Part shown: piece by piece, positions 54,679 to 64,000 of the stretch
How the letters are laid out: each line of letters begins with the position of its first letter
Position numbering within the stretch: the first letter of the stretch is position 1
Assembly: GCA_963575745.1 (NCBI GenBank)
Contig: CAUYUJ010000203.1
Coordinates: forward strand, 558,001-622,000
DNA: 64,000 nucleotides
Direction: 5' to 3'
Origin: Prorocentrum cordatum
Lineage: Eukaryota
Translations under genes and position numbers: made by a program
The notes under the pieces: model-generated
The model's input: only the letters and a program-made list of their open reading frames with translations
What the model was told of the DNA's origin: nothing
Databases searched by the model: none

Positions 54679-57367
54679 TCAGGTCAGGAAAGGGTGCGCC
54701 AGGACCTGGTCGACGGTCAGGCGCGCGGCTGGGTCGAGCCGCAGCAGGCCCCGCACCATGTCCTTGGCCTCCGCGGAGCAGTGGGCCAGGCGGGCCTCGA
54801 GAGGCGAGGCGGGGATCGACAGTCGACCCGTATGATAAGGACGCACGATGCAGTAGGAGCTCGACCACCAGAAATCTTCCACAAGAGACCCAACCCTGCG
54901 ACCCCAGGACGTCCTTTGGTTTTTGGTGTGGGTATGTCACGCTTTCCATCGCAAAACCATCGAGACTCAAGAAACCCAGGGCAACCTGGAGACGAGCAGG
55001 GTGTTTCTTGGCATGGGCTTCCACTGTAAGGATGTAAGTGTCGTGGAAGGCCATGTCGAAGCTTTTCGAGCGGGGCGCGGCCAGCGAAAGTGGCCAAGGA
55101 TAGACCGAGGAGGCAAGGATGCCCTTGGGACGGCTGCCCCTCCTTACTATACGGGCTGACTGTATATATCCATATCCACTGCCTGGGAGCCGACGTCCTG
55201 GGGACCCAGCGGGAGGTGGACCTGGAGACGGGCCCCCGGGGAGCCAAAATATATGCATATCCACTGCCTGCGGAATTCCGCGAAAATTCATCCTCTGGGC
55301 GGTGGTTGTGTGCAAATTCCAGCCTCGAATGAATGGAAAAACAAAACAAACCAAAAGCAGAGTCAGCACAGAGCAACTGCACACATGCAATGGGCATGAG
55401 CTTTAGGGGCGCCGCGCGGGTTTCTCGGATCGGCGCCGGGCCCCCCTGGCGCGCTCCGCGTGCCAGGGTGGGGGAGGGGGCAGCGTCGATCCAAGAACTC
55501 CACGCGGGCATCCGAAAGTTTGTGTTCGTGCCGGTGTTTGTTCTGCGAGCCTCGTCGTAGGCGGCATCCACGATCGCCGACTCGTCCTTGAAGGGCGTGA
55601 CCCCCGCTAGCATGACGTAGAGGGTGACCCCGAGGCTCCACAGGTCCACCGCCTTCGTGAACTCGCGCTTGGGCAGCTCCACGAACTGCAGCGTGAACGG
55701 GCCGCTCAGGCCTCCCAGGATCTCCGCGATGGCCGTCACCCCTCCCGAGGTGCTCGCCCCGAGCTCGTTGAAATCCTTGACGAACGGCATGTCCAGGATC
55801 TCCGTGCCATTAATGTGGGAGATTGCCCAGCCGTCGCCGACGCCGAACTGCGCAGCCTGGCCCCCAGGCTCCAGGCCGCTCACCATGGCGCCCTTGCCGT
55901 CGGGCCGCTGCGTGACGATGCCGAAACCTGGCGACGCCTCCTGTGGTGACTTGAAGGTGAACGGGCCGTGGCTCTTCATCGTGGCGCCCCTCGTGGGGGA
56001 AAGCAGAACGTGCCGATGCCGCTGCTCCCAGGACCTATGCCGGGGCGCGATCCGACCAGAGAGAATCCCGAGGCGGATGCAGCCGTGGCGACGACGGCCC
56101 GGGAGGAGGCCCAAAAGGGCGGCAAGGAAGCAAGGGTAGCGGCATCGGTACCATTCCCTGCTCTGACCTCGGAACGAGCATCATCTTCGCACCAACGAGC
56201 TCCGGGGCCATGATCTCAGTGGTCCCGACGCAGCTCCGGGCGTAGGTGTTCTGCACAGATCGGGCGACACCGAAGTCGATGAGCTTTACCGTGGTGTCTT
56301 TGGTCAGCTGGCTGGCGCAGACCAAGATATTCTCCGCCTTCAAGTCGCGATGGATCACGTCCCTCTCGTGGATGTGCTTCAGCCCCAAGGCCGACTGCCT
56401 GAGGACGCTCTTCGCCACGTCCTCTGCCAGGTACTGCTGCCCGTCCTTGATGTAGCTCGCCAGCTCGCCGCCGTTCACCACCTCCATGACTATCATGATG
56501 TACTGCGCCTCAGAAGTCCCGGGCCGAAACGCGTCGTAGCAGCCGATGCACTCGCAGATGTTCGGGTGGCCCTGGATCTTCATGAGGACCTCCGTCTCCT
56601 TCCGGATCGTCGCGATCTTCTCGGCCGCCGACGGGTCCATCAACAACCTCTGTAGAAGAAGAAACACCTGCCTAGACACACTTCCGGAGATCCGCGAGGA
56701 TTTCTTGCATCTGTGCTCAAACCCGATCCGTGGCGCGCGGAGCGCGCCCAGGGCGGCGCCTGAGGCGCCGCCAGGGGGGCCCAGCGCCGATCCAGGGCAT
56801 CCGCGCGGACCTCCAGAGAGAGCTGACGCCCCAACAACGATTGCCTCCGCAAGCGGTGCGCACCAGAAGCTGTGTGAGACAAGCGTGGGAATGGGTGCGG
56901 AAATGCGGGCGCTTCTCTTTGTGCCGCTGTTCTGCCCATGCATTATGTTGCTCCCATCGTACTTGAGGACCACATCCCAGAACAAAACTCGAGCACCCGG
57001 ACAAGTGACGAAACAGTGTCGAAACAGTGTCGGAGGAGTATCTCCCAGGGCCCGACACGTGAAAGTCGTCGAGTCCTGGCACTTTTTCTGGTGCCCGAAA
57101 TTCCTTCTGGTGATCAAAGATGAAGCAGGCTGGAACATCATAACCCATGCCGCTCTTTGTGCCTCCCAGCCTCCAAATGGGGATCGCCTTCACCGCGTAC
57201 TTCGTGTCGGGGGCGCTCTGCCGGTGGCAGAGGTATACCGTGCCCTGGCCGCCGACCCCGAGCAGCCTCTCCGTTTCGATCTCGAAGGGGTCCTCGGCCG
57301 GACCGAACACCTTGAACTGGTCGATGGAGCCCAGGGCCCGGGCCGCCACGCGGGGCGTCCGCTGCGC
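54679..57367 (-). CDS. CAMK-group-like Ser/Thr protein kinase with internal PDZ domain; core exons 57367-57171, 56647-56168, 55989-55551, 54795-54679
   Basis: Exons of 197+480+439+117 nt join in frame to a TGA at 54681-54679. Motifs appear in order: LGVGGQGTV, YAVK, RKETEVL, HPNI, MEVVNGGEL, HRDLKAEN, DFG, GTTEIMAPE, DLWSLG, DPAARLT..HPF. Introns are GC-AG (523 nt), GT-AG (178 nt) and GC-AG (755 nt), each with a pyrimidine tract and AG|G. Confidence 0.93.
55163..55330 (+). repeat. Dispersed repeat; second copy at about 3633-3793
   Basis: Both places share ATCCATATCCACYGCCTGGGARCCGACGTCCTGG...GGCGGTGGT..GTGCAAATTCC.GCCTCG.ATG. Confidence 0.8.
55680..55970 (-). other. PDZ-like domain inserted between kinase APE and DLWSLG motifs
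   Basis: The sequence FTFKSPQEASPGFGIV..GAMVSGLEPGGQAAQFGVGDGWAISHING..AIAEILGGLSGPFTLQF fits the PDZ pattern (GLGF-like loop, VxxVxPGxxAxxxG, IxxING, helix B and strand F). Confidence 0.8.
55994..56166. mobile_element. Introner-like MITE, family A, forming kinase intron 56167-55990
   Basis: The 173-bp element is flanked by a perfect CCTCG TSD (55989-55993, 56167-56171). It has a subterminal inverted repeat GTGCCGATGCCGCTGC / GTAGCGGCATCGGTAC and is homologous to 35730-35896 and 48471-48638. Confidence 0.85.
56943..57143. mobile_element. MITE with about 13-bp TIRs and 8-bp TSD (hAT-like); second copy at about 34740-34920
   Basis: Ends are TTATGTTGCTCC and GGAACATCATAA; flanks are CCCATGCA and CCCATGCC. 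The internal AGGACCACATCCCAGAA..GGGCCCGACACGTGAAA is shared with 34740-34920. Confidence 0.7.
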
Positions 57368-57411
57368 CTTGGGGAGAGCAGCTACACACATTTCGACACC
57401 GCTCCTCCCTA

Positions 57412-57605
57412 TCGGGAGCGGCCAAAAGGGGGGTGTCCAAGAGGGGGGCGTGCAAATCATGACCGGCGGCATGTGCGCGGCCCAGCGGGGGGGCGAGGGA
57501 CATAATGAAATAAGAAGAAGCGCCATGAAATCTGGGGAAATATCATGACCCCCGCCATGAAAACCACCCCCCCCTAGTCATCACCCCCCTCTTTTCCGCC
57601 CCCGA
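57412..57605. mobile_element. MITE with 24-bp terminal inverted repeats (TIRs) and 5-bp TSD inside a kinase intron
   Basis: TIRs match at 20/24 (TCGGGAGCGGCCAAAAGGGGGGTG). There is a perfect CCCTA duplication at 57407-57411 and 57606-57610. Confidence 0.8.
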
Positions 57606-58209
57606 CCCTAGGGACCTCTCCTGGGGGCGCGCTCGGACCGGGACTCCGAGTCGAGCCCGGCCGTGGCGACGCAGGCCCTCGAGGAGGCGCCGCGGCGGCG
57701 GCATCTCCTCCTCTCCCGTGGCTCGCCCGGACGAAGGCCCTCGAGGAGAGCCCAGCCGTGGCGGCGAGGGCACTCCAGGAAGAGCCAGCGCTGGCAGAGC
57801 GAGGGGGCCGAGCGGTCTGCCACCATCCCTTGGTGCGAGGGTGAAGCGGGACTCCGTGGCCCAGATTCTGCTTGCATGTTGTTTGTTGCTGTTGTCGTCG
57901 TCCCCCCCGCGACCCCCCCGCGACCCCCCCGCGACCCACCCCGCGCCCGATCCCGCGCCCGACCCCCGCGCCCGACCCCCGCGCCCGACCCCCCACTCTC
58001 ATCCGCAACTGCGCGGTGCTGTGCATGATCTGTACCCGCACGTCCTCCTCGGGCGCGGCCTAAGCGACCCCTACCAAACCATCCCCTTCCGTGACATGAT
58101 CCTCGCCTTTCGAACTCCCCTCCTGCCGCATGCGTGCGTCTTGGGGCGAGGCGAGGGGGAGGTCACGGAAGGGGCTGGCTTGCCAGGGTTCGGTCAGGCC
58201 GCCCCTGAC

Positions 58210-58426
58210 CTCCTCCTCCTCCTCCGAGCGCCAGCGCGCCCCTCGAGGCTCGGGCGGCGCCCCTCGCGGCGGCGAGGCCCGCCAGCGCCGCCGCGGCGCC
58301 CGCGGCCGCCCGCCACGCGACGCCCGCCTCGCCTGGCAACGCCTGCAGCTCGGGGCCCCGCTGGCCGCGGAGGCCCGCCGGGCGCGGCGCCGGCGAGCCC
58401 GAGAGGGGAGGGCGCCAACTGTACGC
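58210..58426 (-). CDS. Probable second exon of the kinase: transit peptide with hydrophobic stop-transfer segment
   Basis: GSPAPRPAGLRGQRGPELQALPGEAGVAWRAAAGAAAALAGLAAARGAARASRG is in frame with exon 1. Both boundaries are uncertain, and an extra exon near 57828-57616 is possible. Confidence 0.55.
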
Positions 58427-58781
58427 CTGCACCGATCTTGGGCAGGCTCACCCTGGGGCCCAGGATCCCAGACCCCCGAGGCGTGATGCAAAAAGCATGG
58501 CGGCGGGTGTTTCCGATGTTCGGCCTCCGGGGGGCCCCACACCGGGCCTCGGGACCGTCGAAGAATCACTCAGGATGAGAAGCCTGTGACCGGGAATGGG
58601 TCGAGACCTCTGGGGGTCGACGTCATGAAAAAAGCATGGCGTCGGGGGTCTAGGATCCTGGCCAGGCCCATCCTGGGCCCAGGATCGGTGCACACGCCCG
58701 CCTGGCTTGGGCAGTGGGGCTTTTACGCCGTTCCTGGGCCCAAGATCGGCCTGGCCAGGACCGGTGCAGGTGTATGGCTGG
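58415..58781. mobile_element. Foldback/MITE occupying the first kinase intron
   Basis: Arms 58415-58447 and 58749-58781 are reverse complements at 26/33. An inner inverted pair CCAGGATCCYAGACCCCCGA is also present. Confidence 0.65.
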
Positions 58782-58800
58782 TGCAGTCCGAGCGATATGC

Positions 58801-58888
58801 CCCGCGCCGTCGCGAAGGCCTGGGGGCCCAGCCAGCACGCCGCGGCGGACGCCAGCGCGGCACCGAGCGCGCGCGCGCGGGGCGCCAT
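58801..58888 (-). CDS. Probable first coding exon of the kinase: signal peptide with AF cleavage motif
   Basis: ATG at 58888 gives MAPRARALGAALASAAACWLGPQAFAT(AR): basic N-region, hydrophobic core, then AF. The exact donor is uncertain (exon end 58808 or 58801). Confidence 0.65.
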
Positions 58889-59394
58889 GGAAGCGCCGCG
58901 GGGGCGAGGGGGGAGGGGAGACAGGAGGCTTTTGCGCTCCGCCATTGGGCGCCGGCATGTGCCAGCTGCGGGAGCGGAGGAGGAGAGAACGAGCGGGAGG
59001 GGGGCACGAGAGAAGGGCAGCGGAGGAGGGGCGCCTCCGCACGCCCTACACGCGTGCCACCCGCGCTCGGCGGGGTACGAGGGGCCGGTGGGCCGCCATG
59101 TGCAGGGAGGGGAGGGAGGCGGGAGGGATGGCAGAGCGGAGGACCCAAATCTCCGACGGCATGATTCGTGCCATCCCGGCGCTCTGCTTCGCTTTCGGCC
59201 TCCGGGGCCCGATCTCGGGCCCCGGAGGCCATCCGGAACGGGCCCCAGGGCGAAGCTCTGGCCCCGTGGAGGAAGGGGTCGGGACCTCTGCGGCCGCGGA
59301 TGGAAGAGCGGCAGATCGGCGGACGTCCGGGGAGGACGGTGGAGGAGCACGGGGGAAGGAGGGGTGAGGAGGGTGGCTCGAGCCCGCGTCAAAT

Positions 59395-59414
59395 CTTGAG
59401 CCAAATCGGCTGCG
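59395..59414 (-). other. Relict dinoflagellate spliced leader (DinoSL)
   Basis: The minus strand reads CGCAGCCGATTTGGCTCAAG, a 17/20 match to the last 20 nt of DCCGTAGCCATTTTGGCTCAAG. It lies on the kinase strand, about 500 nt upstream of the ATG. Confidence 0.8.
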
Positions 59415-62400
59415 CGGGCCACGTCGTCCTCCATCCAACCTTCGGGAACAGGGCAGCTCCACGCCGCGCCACCAGATGTCAGTGAGGGCGCGCGGGGCGT
59501 TTCGCCTGAGACTCCAGCCGCCAACCGCTGCACGGAAGGAGGGTGCGCCGTTTTTTCAACTGTGGTTCTCGACTTAGCGCCGCGCACACTCGCCTTAAAG
59601 GTTTCCAGCAGGTACACAAGAATAGAGGGCGGGTCTCTGTCATAATACTTCGATCGTCTCAACGACACGAACATTCGTCTGAAAAGCTCCCAACAGGCTC
59701 AATAATACACCACCGCATATTGTTCAAAGGTGATATCGGCCTGACGATAGGCACATTCGCCCTTGCAATGATGAAGGATGGCTCCTCTTCACAATGGGGC
59801 TCTGGGGTAAGACGTCTTCACAGCTTAATGCCATAAACTTGTCAGTCCGCAGCGATGACACGGGCGGAAATTGTTGTCATGAATCCTGCACTCGCTGGAG
59901 CATCCTCGTATATGATAACCATCTACCGTGGCACGTCCCATATGTAGAGAGATGGCGAGCGGCTCCTTTTCAAGACGGGGCCCTCACTTGTCATTATCAA
60001 AGGTGGCCCCATGAGGCTAGGCCAGGGAGGTTATTAAAGAGGCTGGTCCTTTGGCCCGAAGAAACCTCCCGCCGGGGCTGCGCCGCGCCACCTCGGTCAG
60101 TCGAAGCCTCCCACACGGGGCAAGAGCATCCCGTGCACGAGGCCGAGATAATCCCCCTTGCGTTGCTGGGGTGCGCCGCCTAGGCGCCACAAGTCTCGTC
60201 GGGGGCCCTTGGCTATCCCCGGCCACCCCTGGAGGGCCCAAAGGGTCCAAATCGCGATGTCAGGTCGCACGCCGCACGTGGGGTTCTGCTGTGGCCCGCC
60301 TGGTAGCTGAATTGGGGCCTCTTGTGGTGTCCCCGCCTCCCTATTTCTGCCCCAGCTCGCCCCTGCTGCTGCCCGATTGCAGTCCCTTTCGCTCTTCTTC
60401 CTTGCCCATCTCTTCGGCCCGGTGCTCCACGACGTCGGCATCTCCTCTTCCCCCTCGTGTTTCGAGCTCGCCGATCCTTCCTCCCTCGTATCCTCATGTA
60501 TGTCTCTGTTTGGGTTCCTTAGGTGTTCTGACCCACAACTGCGCAGGGTAGGAAGCGCGAGTGCCACGGGGGGGAGTGCACGCTGCAATCCGACAACCGC
60601 GCATGGCGCTCCTAGGCCTGGACTGGAGTGTAGCCCGCCTCGGAGGCCTCGAAACGGGGGAAAGAGTACCGTGCTTCGCGCTGCGCGCGGTGCAAAGAAC
60701 GAGCATTCGGGCGACATAGCGAGAGCGGCGGAGGCACCGAGAGGCCAGGCGTTCCAGAGCTATGGACCTCGGAGTTCCAATCTTAATCGAAAGCCTACTG
60801 GTGAGTGTCACCGCCCGGGTTTTTCAAGGCTTGGCCGAACCCTCACATTGGGACGTCTGGATAAACATCCTCCCCCTGTATTCGTTCCACCACGGCCAGT
60901 GGCATTACCCCCGTGGATTGTGGCACCAGGTCTCGGCGAATAGACTTCGGCTTCAACTGGCCATCCCCTTTCCCAAAACAGTGTGCACGAGGGGCTCGTA
61001 CCTGCCTTCTGAGGAGCTGGGCCTGCGGGCCGCTCTGGCCGGCATGTCGCCGCCTCGTCGCCGCCTGCCGCCTCGTCGCCGGCCGCTTCGCATTGCTTCG
61101 TTTGCGCTACATACATTGCACCACATAGCTTGCACTGCGCAAGTTCTCTTGCCAAAAAATGATAGGATCTATCCCCCCCCTCCCGAAATCAACGGGACGC
61201 CTCTTCGTATTGCAATTTACACCCGGCTCCGCCCTATCGCCCTCTAAATGTGAACTCATACCATCCCAAGCAGGCCGGTATCCCCCCGACTCATCCGATG
61301 CAACAAATATTATGCGCGCGCTCGTTTATCGAAAACCATCCGTTTTCAAGAATTCCTTGCCAAACACGGACGACGCGCACACGCGCGCGTCGTCGTGCGC
61401 GCGCATGCCGAAATCATTCAAGAACCTCAGGCTTCGCACGGATTTCAACATCGCGGGCACCGAACACATATAAACACACATGGTGTCACATCAAACATTG
61501 TCGCAATAATCCCTTCCAACAAACGGGGCGAAGTGCACACGCGTGCGTCGCCGCGCTCGAATGCGGAAATCCTTCAACAACTTTAGGTTTCGTAGGGATT
61601 CCAGAACCAAGTGTCCCGAATAAATGTCAAAACGACATGTGGTGTTACAACGTCACTTTTCAACACAGCCTACTTACGCTCGCGGTCTTGCGAATTCTTA
61701 AAACAACTGTGGGTTTTCGAACTGGAGATCAAATGGTTGACGTGTCGCATTTCCCCACCAGCCCATCCAGAAACGATGCCCAAAGGAGTTGGGGTGACCA
61801 GGAGTGGGGGAGCATGCACAAAAAAACAAGGGCGGGGGAAGCCGTCAGATACATCAAGGGGGGGGAGGATGGTGGAAGAAAAGGAGGAGGAGGAGGAGGG
61901 CGAAAAGGAGGACGGAGGAAGTGGACAAGGAGGTGGAGGAGGAGGAGGGAGGAGGAGCAGCAGGAGGAGGAGGAGCAAGAGGAGGAGGAGGAGGAGGAGG
62001 AGGAGGTGGAGGAGGAGGAGGAGGAGGAGGAGGAGGAGGGAGGAGGAGGAGAAGGGGCATCTTGGCGAACCCAGGGCCGTTTTTGAACGTCCTGGGTGCC
62101 TCTGGGATCCCCTTGGGGCCTCTTGGGGGCCTGTTGGAAGCCTCTTTGAAGCATCCTGGGCGCCCCTTGGGGCCGACTGGGCGTTTCTTGGGGCCATCGT
62201 TGGGCGCCCTTGGGAGCCTTGGAGGAGATCGATCAAAGAAGAGGGGGTCCCGAATTCGCCTCCCCAAAAGTCGCCTCGTGGGCGCTCTTGGGGCGCTCTT
62301 GGAGCAGTCTTGGACGGTCTTGCGGCCGTCTTGGGGCTTTCTTGGTTCTCTCATGGGGCCCTCTTGGGCCACCTTGGAGCCATTTGAGGCTTCGGATGGC

Positions 62401-64000
62401 CATCGGAAGCGAAAAAGCGAGAAAACCAAACAAGAGTGATCCCCCTTGTTTTGGAAGGCTGCTGGCCTTTTCGGGGCCTCCTTGGGGAGCCCGTTGGCCA
62501 CCAGGAGCAATGTTGGAGCTGTCTTGGGGCCTCTTGGAGCATCTTGGGCGCCATCTCGAAGCATAGTGGGATCTCTTAAGCCATCTTGGGGATCACCTTG
62601 GGTTCTCCGAAGCGTTTTTGGAACCATCGTGGGCCATGTTGGACGCTCCGACCCTTCGCGGGGCCCCCCGTCCAGGTCCAGCGGAAAGAGGGTATAGAGG
62701 GAGGGGTACCCCCCCAAAGGAGAATAATGGGACCCGATGAAGGAACTTCCAGGATTAATACCTACGCCCAGAGGGCTGGCGGGATTCTGCCAAGCGGGCC
62801 TCTCGCGCTGCATGTCGAACTCATTCGAACACCCTTGCGCGCGTGCTGGCGGGGAGGGGCGGGGGCACGATCCGCATCGCATAAAACCTCGGGGGCCACT
62901 CGTGCGCGTCGGCGGCGCGCGCATGCAGAACTCCTTCAACAAGACGCGAAGACATCGTCATCGTTATCGGCGGGCGTGATGGGCATCGGTGCCGTCATTG
63001 GTTTTGCCGTCGTCATCGCCACCATCGCCACCATCATCGTTACCCTCGTGATCGTGTCTACCGGTGTCGGCGTCGCCATGATACCGTGCCCACCCAAGCC
63101 ACCGACTCGCACTGAAACGCCCGCTGGGAAGTGCCCTACGGTCAACGCCACCGTGGCCGCGTCGGTCGCGCCAAACTAGCTGGCCGCTGTGCGCGCGAGC
63201 ATGCGCGAGGTATTGCGGCCGCAGAGATCCACCAGCCAACGCCAAGCATTCATCGCAACCGCCGCCGCGTGGATGTTGCAAACCAGCTTGCGGGTGGGTG
63301 GTGAGATGTTTGCAAGAGCATGGAAATTGACAACCCGTTTGCAAAACAAGAAAACAAAAACATTAGACCAAACATCTATATATATATATATATATATATA
63401 TAGCACAACATAATGTGCTAGAACACACTGTTTGGGGTCCACGCTGGCAAACATATTTAAGGATGTGACCTACTTGTCGGACGACTACTGGCTTTTGGCA
63501 GCATAGAGTCCGGCAAGCTGCCCCACTGTCTCCAGAACTTCCCCGATGACAGCCTCATCCCTAAAGACGGCTCGGGCTGTAGCCAAGGGGGCTAAGGCTT
63601 CAGGCACCCTTCAAGACTACAGCGCGGCATGGATAGGGAGCCCACTAAGAACCTACGCGCCCAACCACGTGCATGGACACGGTCCCCCAATCCACGAGAC
63701 CAACCGCATGGCACGAACGCTCGCGCAATGCGTCCTCTCGAATCCTCGTGCACGTGTACTCGCCAGACGCCGGCCGCGGCGGGGGCGCCCCCGCGGCGGC
63801 CCGCGCTGGCCGCGGGCTGCGGGCGGCTTCGCCCTCCCTGCCCTTCCCTCCCCCCTCCCCGTTCTCTCTGTCGTGTCGTCCCCTCGTCGTCGTTCCCTCT
63901 CTTTGCCACAGGGCTCCTCCGCGCAGGTTTAAAAAAAGTACTTCTTTCTTCCGCTCCTGAATGGATGTCCTCCTCCTCCTCCCCTCCCTCCCTCTTTTTC

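Noticed and set aside
54717..57526. ORF-track entries 56717-57526, 56035-57141 and 54717-56114 as separate genes
   Set aside because: Each is one kinase exon plus intron read-through.
59620..60010. Lower-GC unique stretch upstream of the kinase (similar stretch at 47710-48000)
   Set aside because: Only short ORFs with no recognisable motif, so it cannot be assigned.
1..64000. tRNA, rRNA, SL-RNA gene, telomeric repeats, reverse transcriptase
   Set aside because: None recognised by eye. The SL relicts are not followed by the GT donor expected of an SL-RNA gene.

Overview
This is GC-rich, repeat-dominated eukaryotic nuclear DNA with one 100-N gap at 20899-20998. A relict dinoflagellate spliced leader, AG|GC/GT..AG|G junctions and a tripartite plastid presequence point to a dinoflagellate; a Prorocentrum-like species is an inference. 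Most entries in the ORF track are microsatellite or minisatellite artefacts. Three genes have sequence support. (1) A minus-strand multi-exon CAMK-like Ser/Thr kinase (about 58888-54679) has an intact-looking PDZ domain inserted inside its catalytic domain, a probable plastid-targeting presequence and a 17/20 relict spliced leader upstream. One of its introns is exactly one short transposon plus its 5-bp target-site duplication (TSD), i.e. Introner-type. (2) An intronless 313-aa ORF (51327-52268) has a weaker spliced-leader relict. (3) A probable PqiA-like membrane protein is split into micro-exons on the minus strand (about 16112 to <=40). Scattered exon-like islands suggest another cryptic minus-strand gene at 30-47 kb. 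The rest is many MITE, foldback and hairpin-ended repeat families, a 15-kb-spaced inverted duplication, and long microsatellites. All gene models and alignments were made by eye, with no database search.
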